A stretch of DNA of 64,000 bases, from contig CM068755.1 in the NCBI GenBank assembly GCA_035084275.1, positions 6,262,001 through 6,326,000 of the forward strand, written 5' to 3'. Numbering within the stretch: the first letter of the stretch is position 1; every line of letters begins with the position of its first letter. The position numbers were made by a program, and so were the translations under genes. The notes under the pieces are model-generated. The model made no database searches. It was not told the DNA's origin and saw nothing but the letters and a program-made list of their open reading frames with translations. This document shows, one piece after another, positions 27,005 through 38,334 of the stretch. Origin of the DNA: Hydrolagus colliei (lineage: Eukaryota).

Positions 27005-27580
27005 AAACAACAGAAAATTACATTTGTGTAGAGGCATTCATTTTGGGTGGACATCCCAAGGTGCTGGACAGTCCGGGATTTGAATCCGAGTAGGAAATTG
27101 GGATCAGGAGGGGTAGAGGGCAAGGAGAGGAGAGGAGAGTGGCAGAGGCATGGTCAAAGAGGAAGGCCTTGAGGCCTGCCTTGAAGGAAATAAGAGAGAA
27201 AGTCAAAGGAATTGTGGGGTGGAGTGCCAATGGGTGGAGACAGAAAGGCTGAAGACCCAACCATCGATGATGGAGCAGGCCAGATGCTGAGTGGGGAGGT
27301 CAGAGGTTGGAAAGAGCAAGGACATAGACGGCTACGAAATCAAGGATTTGTAGGAGACATTGGAGTGGGCGAGCCTGTGATGAGAGGACAAGAGCTGCAG
27401 AGTTCTGGATGAACTTAAATTGTGGAGGGTGGAGATGGGAAGGCCAAGAACAGGGAGATGGTGTAATACATGTGCAGATAAGGATTTCTGTGGCCCAAAG
27501 GGGGAGGCAATGAGGGAGTTGGGCAATGTTGTGGAGGTTGGGGGAAGGCAGAGCGGGGTCATGGCACAGATGTGAGCACA
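27005..27580 (-). mobile_element. Decayed L2 LINE fragment
   Basis: Minus-strand translation FKAGLKAFLFD and IQNSAA..L typical of the L2 ORF2 C-terminus; tail at ~27005-27070. Confidence 0.75.
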
Positions 27581-28882
27581 AAACACTCAAAAAATCTCAC
27601 GAGCTAAGAAGTATTCCTTCTGTTAAGGGATCAAACCAAAGGACATTCGCTTAAAATTAGAATGAAGCCGGTAACAAGTCAAATCAGAAAACATCTTCTC
27701 ACATAAAATGTTGCGAGGTTGTGAATTGCATTGCTCCAGAAGGCCGCACAAGTAAAATCGCGAGGATGTTTAATTAAAATGGAGATAAATGCTGAGGAAA
27801 TAAGGGAATAAACTGATATGGAGAAAAGACAGAGAAATTAGATTAATAGGTAGAAGTCTCACAAGCAAAATTGAAATGCAACAGATTCAAGACACACCTT
27901 ACAACCAATTATAATCACTAGCTCAGGACATTAACATGTAGATAAATGTTGGTCAAATAATTTTCATGGGTTATCTTGTACTGACAAGATACTGAGTTTG
28001 CTCCTCAAAGTGGGTCCAATAACTCAATTTTCAACAAGTTCTAGTTAAAGTTCTCTCTCTACAGTGTCCCATCAAACACTTACTGTTCCAAGCACAACAC
28101 AAGTGCAATGCTGGAAACCAGATCAATATTAAATAAACCATAAGGTACTGAAATAACTTTAAAATCAGAAAGAATAGAGAGTGCACACATTTAAACTAAT
28201 GCACAAAATCCATCAATCAAAATCTTTGAATGAAATGAATGATATATTGATGCAGAGACCATTTTTACATGTTCAAGTTTAACAAAGGTTTTCATGTACA
28301 GTGTACATTGATATTTGAATATGAATAATAAGAGTTCCAATTTTTTTACCTTCAGATTTTTCCCAAATTCTAACAAGCGGTTCAAACAGACTAGATTCAA
28401 CCATCTTAATTTAAGCATCTGCTTTCCCTGTGGATTGCTCACATCATGTTGCCCTCAGTTATGTCAACAGCTCAAGCAAGTTTAGCAACAACGAGTGACT
28501 AGTTAAACTTGGGTTTTCCCTGGAACGGAGTTTAAAGGAGGATCCAACAAAAGTGTTTAAAATAACAAAATACGATCCCAAACAAGGGAGATATTGACAG
28601 ATTCTGCAGCATTTTGAGGTTGTGCCAAAATGGAGAGCTTGTTCAAGTGGATATTAGAAACTCCATTGCGCTATTGGAAAAGTAAAGGGAATTACTCCCA
28701 TATCCTGGCCAACAATCTTGCAGATATATTGGTAATTTACTTTATGGCTCCTTGGGGGAACGTTAAGGTGCATAAAACAGCTGCAAGTTTGCCTACAAAT
28801 ACAGTTACTTCACAACGATTACTTGAGATGTGCCTCCAGATGTTTCAACATTATAGGCCACCAAATGAAGAATTATTATTAT

Positions 28883-28920
28883 TGAGAATGTAGCAGTCCC
28901 TGGGGACTGCTACATTTTCA
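28883..28920. repeat. Short palindrome (18-bp arms, 2-nt spacer)
   Basis: tgagaatgtagcagtccc-tg-gggactgctacattttca; one mismatch. Confidence 0.9.
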
Positions 28921-28931
28921 GAGGTGAAATT

Positions 28932-29047
28932 TCTGTAGATGTTTGGCTAGGACACCAAAACATGCTCGTTTTCCAAATAGCATCAATAATCCTGTCATTC
29001 TATTGGAAAAGGAGCACGTTCTGGTGTCCTAGCCAAACATCTACAGA
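28932..29047. repeat. Long inverted repeat/hairpin (~48-bp arms, ~19-nt loop), possibly a MITE
   Basis: tctgtagatgtttggctaggacacca ... tggtgtcctagccaaacatctacaga: outer 26 bp perfect, inner ~22 bp with ~4 differences. Confidence 0.9.
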
Positions 29048-30229
29048 TACAAGAACAGGCTTGATGGCCTGAATAGGCTTCTCCTGCTTATATTTTCCGA
29101 AATAACAGGAAACCCAAATACCGACTACCTTCACTACAGTGAACTCGTACTGTCATAGCGCCCGAAGCACAATCCAACAAACTCCTGAGTCGGGCATAAA
29201 AGGCAGGAACCTTTAGAGGATAAATTAAAAGCAGAGCACAAAGGAAAGAGTAAACAAGCCATCTGATCATGTCCTATTGAATCAGCCTTTCAACCTCTCT
29301 AGGTTTATTTATTCGATTATTAGCAATGATTTCCCCACCCACCCCCTCCATTCCCTACAGTTCTGACCCATCAGCAATCACTGAAAAGATTCTCAAACAA
29401 AATCACACACCCCATCCCACCCCTCTCCATTACAGACTTGATCTTATCCTAACGACCCCCACACTCTGGCCCTACAAACTGCCTTTGTCTCGAACTCTCC
29501 GGATACCAGCAGCTCGAAAACTTCTCCACCACCTGCTCCGGCTCTCATTCACTGTCAATACCCAACGGCACCCCCTCCCACTGGCTCTCAAAACACGTTT
29601 CCCTTTTGCAGAGACCCACAGTTGCTCTCCCCCCCGCCCCACTCCTCACAGAGAGACCCCCAGCTACTGATACCCTGGAACAGACTTATCCTCCACCCTT
29701 CGAACCCAGAAATCCCCCTGAGCTCTCTCACAAACCTCACAGCCCACCTGACCACAGCTCGCCCTACCCTCCCTGACCCCCAGCACCTCTTTCTTTTGTT
29801 CCCATTAACTGCAAGACTCTCTCTCACCTTTGTATCTCCCATTATCCCCAAACCCCAGGGCCCCCGCCGCCCATTCCACTTCACAGCCAGGCAGCCAGCC
29901 CTGCCTCGTTCTCTCACACTGAACCCCCCCCCCACAAAGGAATACTCTCTCCCAGTCTATAGCTGATATCTCTAATTACTTTCTGATCCCGGGGAAACCT
30001 CTTATCTAGTCATCCCCTTATCGACCGTGGGTTCGATTCACCCCCAACCCCCACCTCCCCCCCTTCTCCATTGATCCCTGTGCCATCCATCCCCTCCCTC
30101 ATTGGAGCCCCCATCTCTTCTCCGGACCTGTTGTTGTAAACAGCCGGTGCCAACAGGTAAAAGAGTTTTAGCCCCGATCCACCCTCAGCCTGTCTCCCCG
30201 GGGAGGGAGGCTCTGCCCGATCAGCCTCA

Positions 30230-30900
30230 CTCACCAGCCCCGGCCTAGGTCAGAAATGCCTACTGTAGGCCCGAGCCTGGGGCCTAGATTCTCAGGCTTC
30301 TGCCGGCCTCGGCTTGGACCTGCTACCCACTCGCCGCCCGCCGCCGCTCACCTCGATGACCTCGTTGACTTCCCGGATACACTCCACCATGTGCTGGACA
30401 ATCTGCTCGGCACTCAGAACCTCGTAGCGGTAATCCTCCTCCTCCTGCTCGGCTCCAAGCCCGCCCAGGCCGCCCAGGCCCAGCCCGCCACCTCCCCCGA
30501 CCCCGTCCCCGTCCTGGCCCGGCTCCAGGCCCGGCTCCTGCATCTCCACCTCCCCGATCTCGAAGTTATCGTCGGGCTCGCTCTCCTCCTCGCTGTACTC
30601 GTCTTCATCGTACATGTAGCCCTCGTCCGAGTCCATGTCTGATCTGGTCTGGGGGTGTGTGAGGCTGGCTCCCCTCCCTCCCTCACTCTCTCTCTCTCTC
30701 TCTCTCTCCCTCCCTCTGTGTGTGTGTCTCTCTCTCACTCCGGCAGCGCTACCCGCAACAAAGGGCCGCGGCCGCCCCTCCCCCCATCCCCCCCCACCCC
30801 GCTCTCCCCGCCGCCACCCGCGCACCGTCACTTCCGCCCCGCTACAGCGCCTCTTCCGCTAGCGGACAGAGCCCTCTGTGACGTCATGCGCCCCGCACAC
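30230..30900 (-). promoter_or_regulatory. CpG island and promoter of the ARIH1-like gene
   Basis: CpG-dense. Contains an ETS/half-CRE composite GCGGAAGTGACG (minus strand, ~30826-30837) overlapping a GC box, a second ETS core at ~30853-30858 and a full CRE TGACGTCA at 30879-30886. Confidence 0.8.
30352..30636 (-). CDS. ARIH1: ARIH1-like (Ariadne-1 RBR E3 ubiquitin ligase) coding exon 1
   Basis: ATG at 30636 gives [19 protein letters not shown]...Gly-rich...[30 protein letters not shown]; 285 bp; donor GTGAGC; acidic/Gly-rich N-terminus typical of ARIH1. Confidence 0.97.
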
Positions 30901-30904
30901 CCTC

Positions 30905-31205
30905 CCTCTCCCCTCATTCTCACTCACTCTTGTATCACTCTCACTCACTCATTCTCACTCTGTGTCTCACTCATTCACTCTGTGTCTCACTCACTCTATG
31001 TTATTCTCACTTATTCTGTGTCACTCTCACTCTGTGTCTCCCTCAATCACTGTTTCCCACTCACTTTGTCTCACTCACCCATCACATGTTATGCTCACAC
31101 TCACATATTCTGTTACTCTGATTCTCCCTCATTCTCCCTCATTCTCACTCAATTGCTTATTCATTCTCACTGACTCCATGTCATTCTCGCACTCTCTTAT
31201 TCTCA
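30905..31205. repeat. Degenerate (TCAC/TCTC)n microsatellite
   Basis: Repeated ctcact/cattct units directly upstream of the promoter. Confidence 0.8.
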
Positions 31206-31214
31206 CCACAAAAA

Positions 31215-32440
31215 TATTTGTATAGTGCTCCTCACGCAGGATAGCGTCCCAGAGCGCTTGACAGTGAGTGGTGGAGCATGAGGGGCTGGAAAGGGAGGGA
31301 GGTGACGGAAAGCACCGTCAAGGCCCAGATGACCACAAATTGCCTGCAGCTGAATGTTGGCAAGACGGAAGCCATACTCTTTGCCTCCCATCGACAACTT
31401 CTCTCTTGTGGATCTGAACTCCTCAACCTCTCCAGGCTCTTTCTCAGACTCACTGAACCCGCGTACAATTTCGGCATCAGGTTTAATCCCCAACTTTCTA
31501 CCACACAACCGTTCCCTGACCAGGACCATTTTATTCCACCTCCGTCACCTCTGTTCACAACCAACACGGCTGAAAACCTCCCAGCTGGACTATTCCCTCC
31601 TCGCTGGTCTGCCCAGCTCCACCATATGAAAGATTCAATTAATTCAAAACACTGCTGGCTCCCGATTATCAAATGGATCGATTTCAAGATCCTCACTCAT
31701 TTTCCAATCCATTTATGCCCTCGCACCTCCCTACCCATCTGATCTGCTTACTTTGCCACTCCATCACCCTCTACCCTGCCTGAAGGGCGCTATCTAAGTG
31801 CCTTGTTGTTTTAAGTGCAGTCAAAGAGGAAGGTCTTCAGGCATGACCTGAAGATAGGTAAGGGATCAAGGCAGAGGGATTCAGGGAGAATGTTCCAGAG
31901 ATTCGAGGCGTACTGTAATGGCTGAAAACACGGCCACTGTGGTACGATGGTACGAGGGACACGTAGGAGGCTGGAGCCAGTCAAGCAGAGGCAATGAGTT
32001 GGGAGTTACCTGTCCAATAAGCAGATTGGACAGGTAGGGAGGCATCAGGGCATGAAGGAATTTGATGGTGAATGCGGTCTTAAAATCGATCCATTCGGTG
32101 ATCGGGAACCAGTGGAGTCTAGTAAGAACTGGTGTGATGGGGTTACGGCCTTTCTGACCTCCTCTCTCCTCAACCAGCTCCCGTTGCCTTCACTCCACTG
32201 GGTCTGGCCTCCTCCTTGTCCCTCGAATCCTCCGCTCCACCATCAGCGGCCGTGCCTTCAGCCACTATGCCCTGAGGCTCTGGAATTCTCTTCCTCACTC
32301 CCATTGCCTTACCCCCTCTTTTCCCAGTTTCACATCACCTTTCTACCTCTGCCCCTGGCTCGGACCTGGGATCCGTTATTGTGAAGTGTTCTGAGACGCT
32401 GCCCGCATGGAGGGCGCTATATAGATCAAAGTTGTTGTAC
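31215..32440. mobile_element. Cluster of L2 LINE fragments in both orientations
   Basis: NCLQLNVGKTEAILF and WLPI...IDFKIL (L2 ORF2) in ORF 31278-31742; several gggcgctat..(TTG) tails. Confidence 0.75.
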
Positions 32441-32934
32441 AGAGTTTAGTGGCGGGTGAGGACGCAGGTGGAAGATTTCTGGATTAACTGTATTTTATGG
32501 TCAATATTTTCACGGCTATTTATGGGACATTGGCACTATACCAAATGTATCCTTATTATAACAGTATTGAGGATTAATATTTATCTGTAGACCTCAACAG
32601 GATTGGTGAAAAGCTGAAGCATGTGTCAAAGTGTGAAAAGTAAAATGAAAAATGGCAACACTGTAATTATTTTAACTATGTAACTAGCAGATTTTTTTGC
32701 CTTATGAATAAAACTATACATTGGAATCATTCTCTGCATATCCTGTATCTATCGGAAAAAATAAATACTAAAAGAAGCAAAATATTTTGATAAAATAACT
32801 CGAGTCATAAGACCATGAGAAATGCTAGTTGAAAAGGTCCATCTAGTTCACCTTGTACCTTTCTGATGGTCACATGCACGTATGTCCCAAACTACCTATG
32901 TATTGTATCCCATAATGTTATTTCCTAAAAGAAA

Positions 32935-33060
32935 ACTACCAGCTTCATTAGCTTGGTGTCATTTGCAAACTTAGTTACTGTGCTTCCGTCTCCTAGTTCC
33001 AGATCATTTATAACAATATTTAACAAAAGAGGTCCCAAAACAGACCCTTGAGTCTCTCCA
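32935..33060 (-). mobile_element. Decayed CR1 RT fragment
   Basis: QGSVLGPLLLNIVINDL...KFANDTKL (degenerate FADD motif) in ORF 32925-33122. Confidence 0.8.
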
Positions 33061-33371
33061 AACATTCTCTTATTCAGCAATAAAGCAAACTGCCCAACAA
33101 TATTTCTGAAATGAAATTCCAAAGAGTTTATATTTAGAAGGTCATTCTGTTTCCCTTTTCCCAGTGGGATAGCGTTCTTGGTTTCTCTTGCATTTTACCC
33201 TTCGTTGCAAATCTTCATTTATCCTGCTGTTTAACAGTAGTTCCTTCCAGTTGTCTCCATAAATACTTTTCCATTGCCAATACTCCCAGAACTATCCAGC
33301 ACATAAGCTGCTAAATCATGTTCTAAGCACTTCTAAGATCTTTGAAACACCTGTACACACAACCTCATATA

Positions 33372-33626
33372 CACAACAACAACAACAAACAACAACAAAT
33401 TACACTTATAAAGCGCCTTTCACGTCGGGAGGACGTCCCAAGGCGCTGCACAGGAGGCGTGTGACCCGAGCTGGGAGGGGAGTGTTTGGGAAGGGGTGAA
33501 ACACGTAGGGGAGGTCGAAAAATTCTGGGTGGAACAAAAGGCACGGTCGAAGAGGAAAGTCTTCAAACCGGCCTTGAAAGAGGAAAGGGAAGAAACGAGA
33601 CGGAGGGATTGGGGGATGGAATTCCA
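33372..33626 (-). mobile_element. L2 LINE 3' end
   Basis: WNSIPQSLR...FKAGLKTFLFDRAF followed by a 3' stem-loop and (TTG)n tail. Confidence 0.87.
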
Positions 33627-33711
33627 CACAACAATAAACCCCAACTTTCATACACTCAATACCCATTAACACAAACCCCATGCACCCAATACACACGACT
33701 AAACATTTGTA

Positions 33712-34110
33712 ACTCAGCCTGTCTCGGTTGGTTGTGGGTGGAAGTTCTACATTGGGATTTTGAACTCGTACAGTCTCAGCTGACACTCCAATGCATTGGT
33801 GAGGGAGAGCTGCGTTGTCAGAGGTGCCGATCTTTGAATGAGATGTTGGGCGATGCCCCATCTGTGTGTTGAGTGGATATTAAAGTTCTCATAGCTCTGT
33901 ATAAACAGAGAGGGAGGTTTCTTCTGGAGGCACAGCCAACAATCCCCCAAATAAAATTGGTCATTCACTGTGTGACAGTTTCTGAACGTTGCTTTTACAG
34001 ATATTGGCTTATAAAACACACAGCCTCTGCACTTTGCAGAAAATCCTATGAAGTACTTTGGGATTTCTCGACGATGCGATAAGGTGCTCTTTCAAATGCA
34101 AAGGTGTTTA
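33712..34110 (+). mobile_element. Older Deu-domain SINE
   Basis: gctgacactcca..gagggagagctgcgttgtcagaggtgccgatctttgaatgagatgtt..gtggatattaaag matches the Deu-domain pattern; L2-like tail. Confidence 0.7.
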
Positions 34111-34646
34111 TTATTAATTCTGCTGTGGACGATTGTCTCCTGCGTTTCGCCCACAAATATATGGTCAATTCACTCTGCAGTACATTCTAAAATGCGCTTC
34201 GAGACGTCTTTCTAGAGGATGTGATATCAAACGTAAAGGTGATGATTATTAATGATTTAACACGTGCCCCAGTGAATACCCTGCTCCCTTCATTGACTGC
34301 TCCGAAACTGGAAGCCATTTACAGCCTTTGTGGTCAGTGTTTGCAGCAGTTGCACCTCCAGTGGTGTGTGCAGCTTCTTTCATTTGACCCATTTTATGTG
34401 ATTGGCAGGAAAAACCTCCAGATAAATTGCAACACAGATGCTCCTAGTGTAATTACAATTAGTAAAGCCCCCCATAGAGACTAAAGGTTAAAAAAAAGCG
34501 TTTGACTAAATATTAACACACAGTGCTGTACAGTACTGCTCGTATAAATGGAAGTGAAGTGAATCAGCTGGAAACATGAGGTTTGCTTTGCAACAAACCC
34601 AGAAGCTGTTTCAACTGTGTTGCCTGTGGTGTGGGAGCAGTGCGGT

Positions 34647-34680
34647 TGCTGCCCTCCGGTGGCGAGTGCTGGTAATTACA
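34647..34680 (-). promoter_or_regulatory. Candidate CTCF site with an upstream-motif-like element
   Basis: Minus strand TGTAATTACC-agcac-TCGCCACCGGAGGGCAGCA versus the CTCF core TGGCCACCAGGGGGCGCTA. Confidence 0.5.
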
Positions 34681-34943
34681 TTGGTTTGGATGTCCTTAAG
34701 CTTAATAAAAATGTTCTGGTTGATAATAAGCACATCATTGCCATCGCCATATTCTCCTTGGCGCTGATCTGGCTCCAAGGTGGCCTGTTGGTAACAGAAT
34801 GTTGGAATTGTGTCAACCCTCTGTGGTGGTCGAGCTCGTCCAAATCAGGTGGATCCAAAACAATTCAAGGCACTGCACAGTAAGTGTAAAATCCTGCAGT
34901 GTTTTCTATGTACAATATATGATATTAGATGGTTCTTTGGGGA

Positions 34944-35048
34944 GACAAAACACAGAGATCATTGGGAACACTCAGCAAGTCAGGCAGCTTCCACGGAGAA
35001 AGGAAAGCGAGTCAACGTTACGGGTCCACGACCCTTCGTCAGAACTGT
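34944..35048 (-). mobile_element. Penelope-like terminal-repeat fragment containing a degenerate minimal hammerhead motif
   Basis: Minus strand agtt-CTGACGA-a-gggtc-gtg-gaccc-GTAA-cgtt-gact, followed by ...gctgcctgacttgctgagtgttccca. Confidence 0.65.
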
Positions 35049-35054
35049 TCGTCA

Positions 35055-35765
35055 GTAAGTTTCCTGACGCCACACGCCTGATAATAACCCCTCAAGAGAA
35101 AAAATACTAAAATGGTCATTTCAATCCCCGACTGTTTGTGGGACACTGCTGTGTGCAATTGGCTGCCACATTCTGCCCACAAATATACAGTCAATTCACT
35201 TTACAGTATATATTATATATACAGTATAAACTTTACAGTATATTCTGTAAAGCGCTTTGAGACATCTAGAAAATGAGATAAGGAGTTGTATCAAATGCAA
35301 GGATTATTATTATTATTATTATGCTCTTGGCTTTACACGGGGAACTTTTGTGTTGAAGGCAGCACCATTGTTCTGTTTTTATTAATTTTGTCCAGGACAG
35401 GGGATAGACACTGAGATCATTTGACTCAATCTAATTAATAATAAATAATAATAATCCTTGCATTTGATATAGTGCTTTTCACGTCTTTCTAAATAGACGT
35501 CTCAAAGTGCTTCACAGAAAATACTGTAAAGTGAATTGACTGTATATTTGTGGGTGAAATGCAGCAGTCAATTGTGCACAGCAGTGTCCCACAAACAGTT
35601 GTGGATTCAAGTGACCAATTTTTTATTTTTTTATTTTTTTTAGAGAATATTAGGTGCGTGGAATAAGGAAACTTGCCCAACATTTCACCCTGACCAAGCT
35701 GGATTGGAACACAAATCTCTCGCTTGCAAGGCGAGTGCTCTAACCACTGAGGTACAGGACTCCAC
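35055..35765. mobile_element. Tail-to-tail inverted pair of tRNA-SINEs (+ ~35055-35322; - ~35437-35765)
   Basis: Shared bodies in opposite orientation, separated by ~115 bp. Confidence 0.85.
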
Positions 35766-37459
35766 AATTTAAACCAGGATGTTTGGGACGACCCAGGAAC
35801 AAAGGGAGTCAGTGACAATACAAATTGATTTGAAATCTTTATTCCTTTTTTATTCCTGTATATTTGTTAAGGACGCATGGATATTAAGTATTGCGCAAAT
35901 ATCATATACATGCATATGCATAAAACATGTATGACCCGTCTCTTCTGATCCTGATGTCTCCCTGGGATGGTAGTGAGATGGTGGATGCACAGTTGAATTG
36001 TACATGTGATATTAGCATCTGGCACGCAGTCCTTCTTCCTTACTTTATAGCGTTATTTGCAGCAATAATGTACTTGGTCATACAATTTATTGCCTTATTT
36101 GGTAAACATTTAACACACGTGTAAAAGTGGAGTACAAGCAAGCTATTCTTAATATCAAAAGTTAATTTTTCACCAATGTTTGTATGACTTAAAGGTTTCA
36201 ATACCATCACGTGGCTTCATCCCGTTACTTAATTTTAGAGCAACAAGTAACTTTCCCCACAACACTAAACTCAACAGTAGCATTTGCAATTATCACAGCC
36301 ACACAAGACTCTGCACTCACTGAATCATTTAAAGAGATTTTCAGAATGCAAAGGGGGGAATTATAGTTTTGCATGGCCTGATAATAATAATGATCTTTGC
36401 ATTTCGCCCACAAAATATACAATCAAATACTTTTACACTTCATCCCTTTGGAACTCCATCCCGCAGTTCCTTCACCTCGCTCCCTCCCTTTCTTCCCTCA
36501 AAGCACATCTCAAGACCCTCCTCTCTAATCGCACGTTGTCCCCCCACCTCCCAGATCAGAACCGCCACCCGCTCGGGGCCATATTCCTGACTGTCCCGTG
36601 CCTTGTTGGGATGTCCTCTCGATGTGAAAAATCTCTATGCAAATGTAAATTAGCATTTTGTAATTTTTCTATTTTGTACAGTAGTGCAGAGTGACTTTGA
36701 GAAGTCTCGAAGACAAAGGGCGTTATATCAAAAACAAGGATTATTATCGTATTAATACGAGCGACAGGCAGGAGGAGGCCGGGAGCAGAGGTGGAGGGTA
36801 GTGCAATTGGGAGTAAGCAGGTCGGAGAGGCAGAGTGATGCCTACGTACATCCCCACAGAGAGTTAAGGAGGTGTTCACACTACAGACCAGTTTTATCTG
36901 GAGATTCGCTGGCCGGGTCACTGGGAGAAACTTCCTCGCCTTTTCCATAAATGAAGACCTGGCTCTAACTCGGCGGGTTAATCCTGTTACTCACTAACCC
37001 AGTGAGGTTGGGTTGAATTCAATATGGAAAATGTGAATTGGGGAAAGGAGGAGTGGTGATGTGTGTATGTATATATATATATATGTGGGAGGTGTAATCA
37101 GAACAAAGGCACAAATCCCAACCAAATACACATGGGATATGAGTTTTAACTAAATAATCTGATACTGCTTGGTGAGAGTCATTGTGCAAAGAATAGTTTT
37201 AATTGTGGAACCACTAGTGAACTATCACAGTGGGGTTGGGGTTGAAGCAGGGTTTGTGTTGCCTTTTTTAAAAAAAAGTACAGCATTGGTTGCAGTGGCT
37301 GTAAAGAGAGTAAGAGTGTCTGTCTGTCTGTGTGTGTGTGAGGGGTTGGTCTGTTAGCAAGTGGTCCAGTCACTCCCATTCCAGACACAGCTGCAACAAG
37401 TCAGGAGTTTGCAACCCACTCTGTCAGTGATACAAGTGTTGAGTGGGACAACTGGAATC

Positions 37460-37523
37460 ATGGTCTCGGTTCTGCTCCATCTCCTGTACACTGTGCTGGT
37501 CACCACAGTGTCAATCTCTGCAG
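37460..37523 (+). CDS. CSPG4: CSPG4-like coding exon 1 (signal peptide MVSVLLHLLYTVLVTTVSISA)
   Basis: atcATGG Kozak context; hydrophobic 21-aa peptide ending S-I-S-A; strong phase-1 donor CAG|GTGAGT that matches the phase of exon 2. Confidence 0.8.
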
Positions 37524-38334
37524 GTGAGTGAGTTGAGTGAATGAGTGAATGAATGAAGGAGTGCGAGAGTGAATGGTTTCAGTTCTTCTTTGCTTTGTGG
37601 GGGGAAAATTTTGCTGTGCTGCATACTCACTCACTCTCTCACTCACTTCACTGTGGAACAGAACCCAGTGTCTGTGCACAAGAGAGCAAAGTGAGATCCT
37701 CCCAGTTCAGAGAGTTTTTGACAGATCTGTGAGTTTGCAAACTTTATTTTTTGGCTTTCAATCTCTCTCCACCCAAAGCTCGTGTCCTGTTTCCACGTTG
37801 GCCGGTTGCTCTTCACGGCTGTTACAGTAATTACTTACAGCTTTGCAAGTTATTGGGGTGGGGGGTGAGATTGCATTCATAGGATGAATGTCTTGGTAAA
37901 CTTCACTATTTCAGAAGCGACTACCGTTCAAACGGGAATGATTCCTACAATTAACATCAGACACTCCCTGCCTTAGGAAGGGGACATGTTGTATAGAACT
38001 CTCCATAGCCCACAGTAGTTGCAAGTTTTTATTTTTTGTTAAATTGTGGAAAAATTATCCTTTAAAAAAAACACGATTTCAGACACAGACTTAACAACTC
38101 CAGGGACTGTTCCAAACTCCAAACGCAACCAAGAAGATTTGTCTCCCAACCCAATATAGTATCATTTTCAAACCTCTTGCCAAACAGAAAGAGAGCGAAA
38201 TGAGTGATCCCATCACCAGGGAGTGAATCCTGTATGTGTACACGTCTGGGCATTAATTCAAAGTGAAGCCTTCTCTCCATTTGTAAACGTTTTAATGATT
38301 TATGCACCTGAAACAGATTGCATGTGAGCCCATG

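Noticed and set aside
30637-30831. N-terminal extension of ARIH1 suggested by the ORF track
   Set aside because: It starts at a non-ATG codon in the promoter and runs through a (GA)n tract; homology begins at MDSDEG (ATG 30636).
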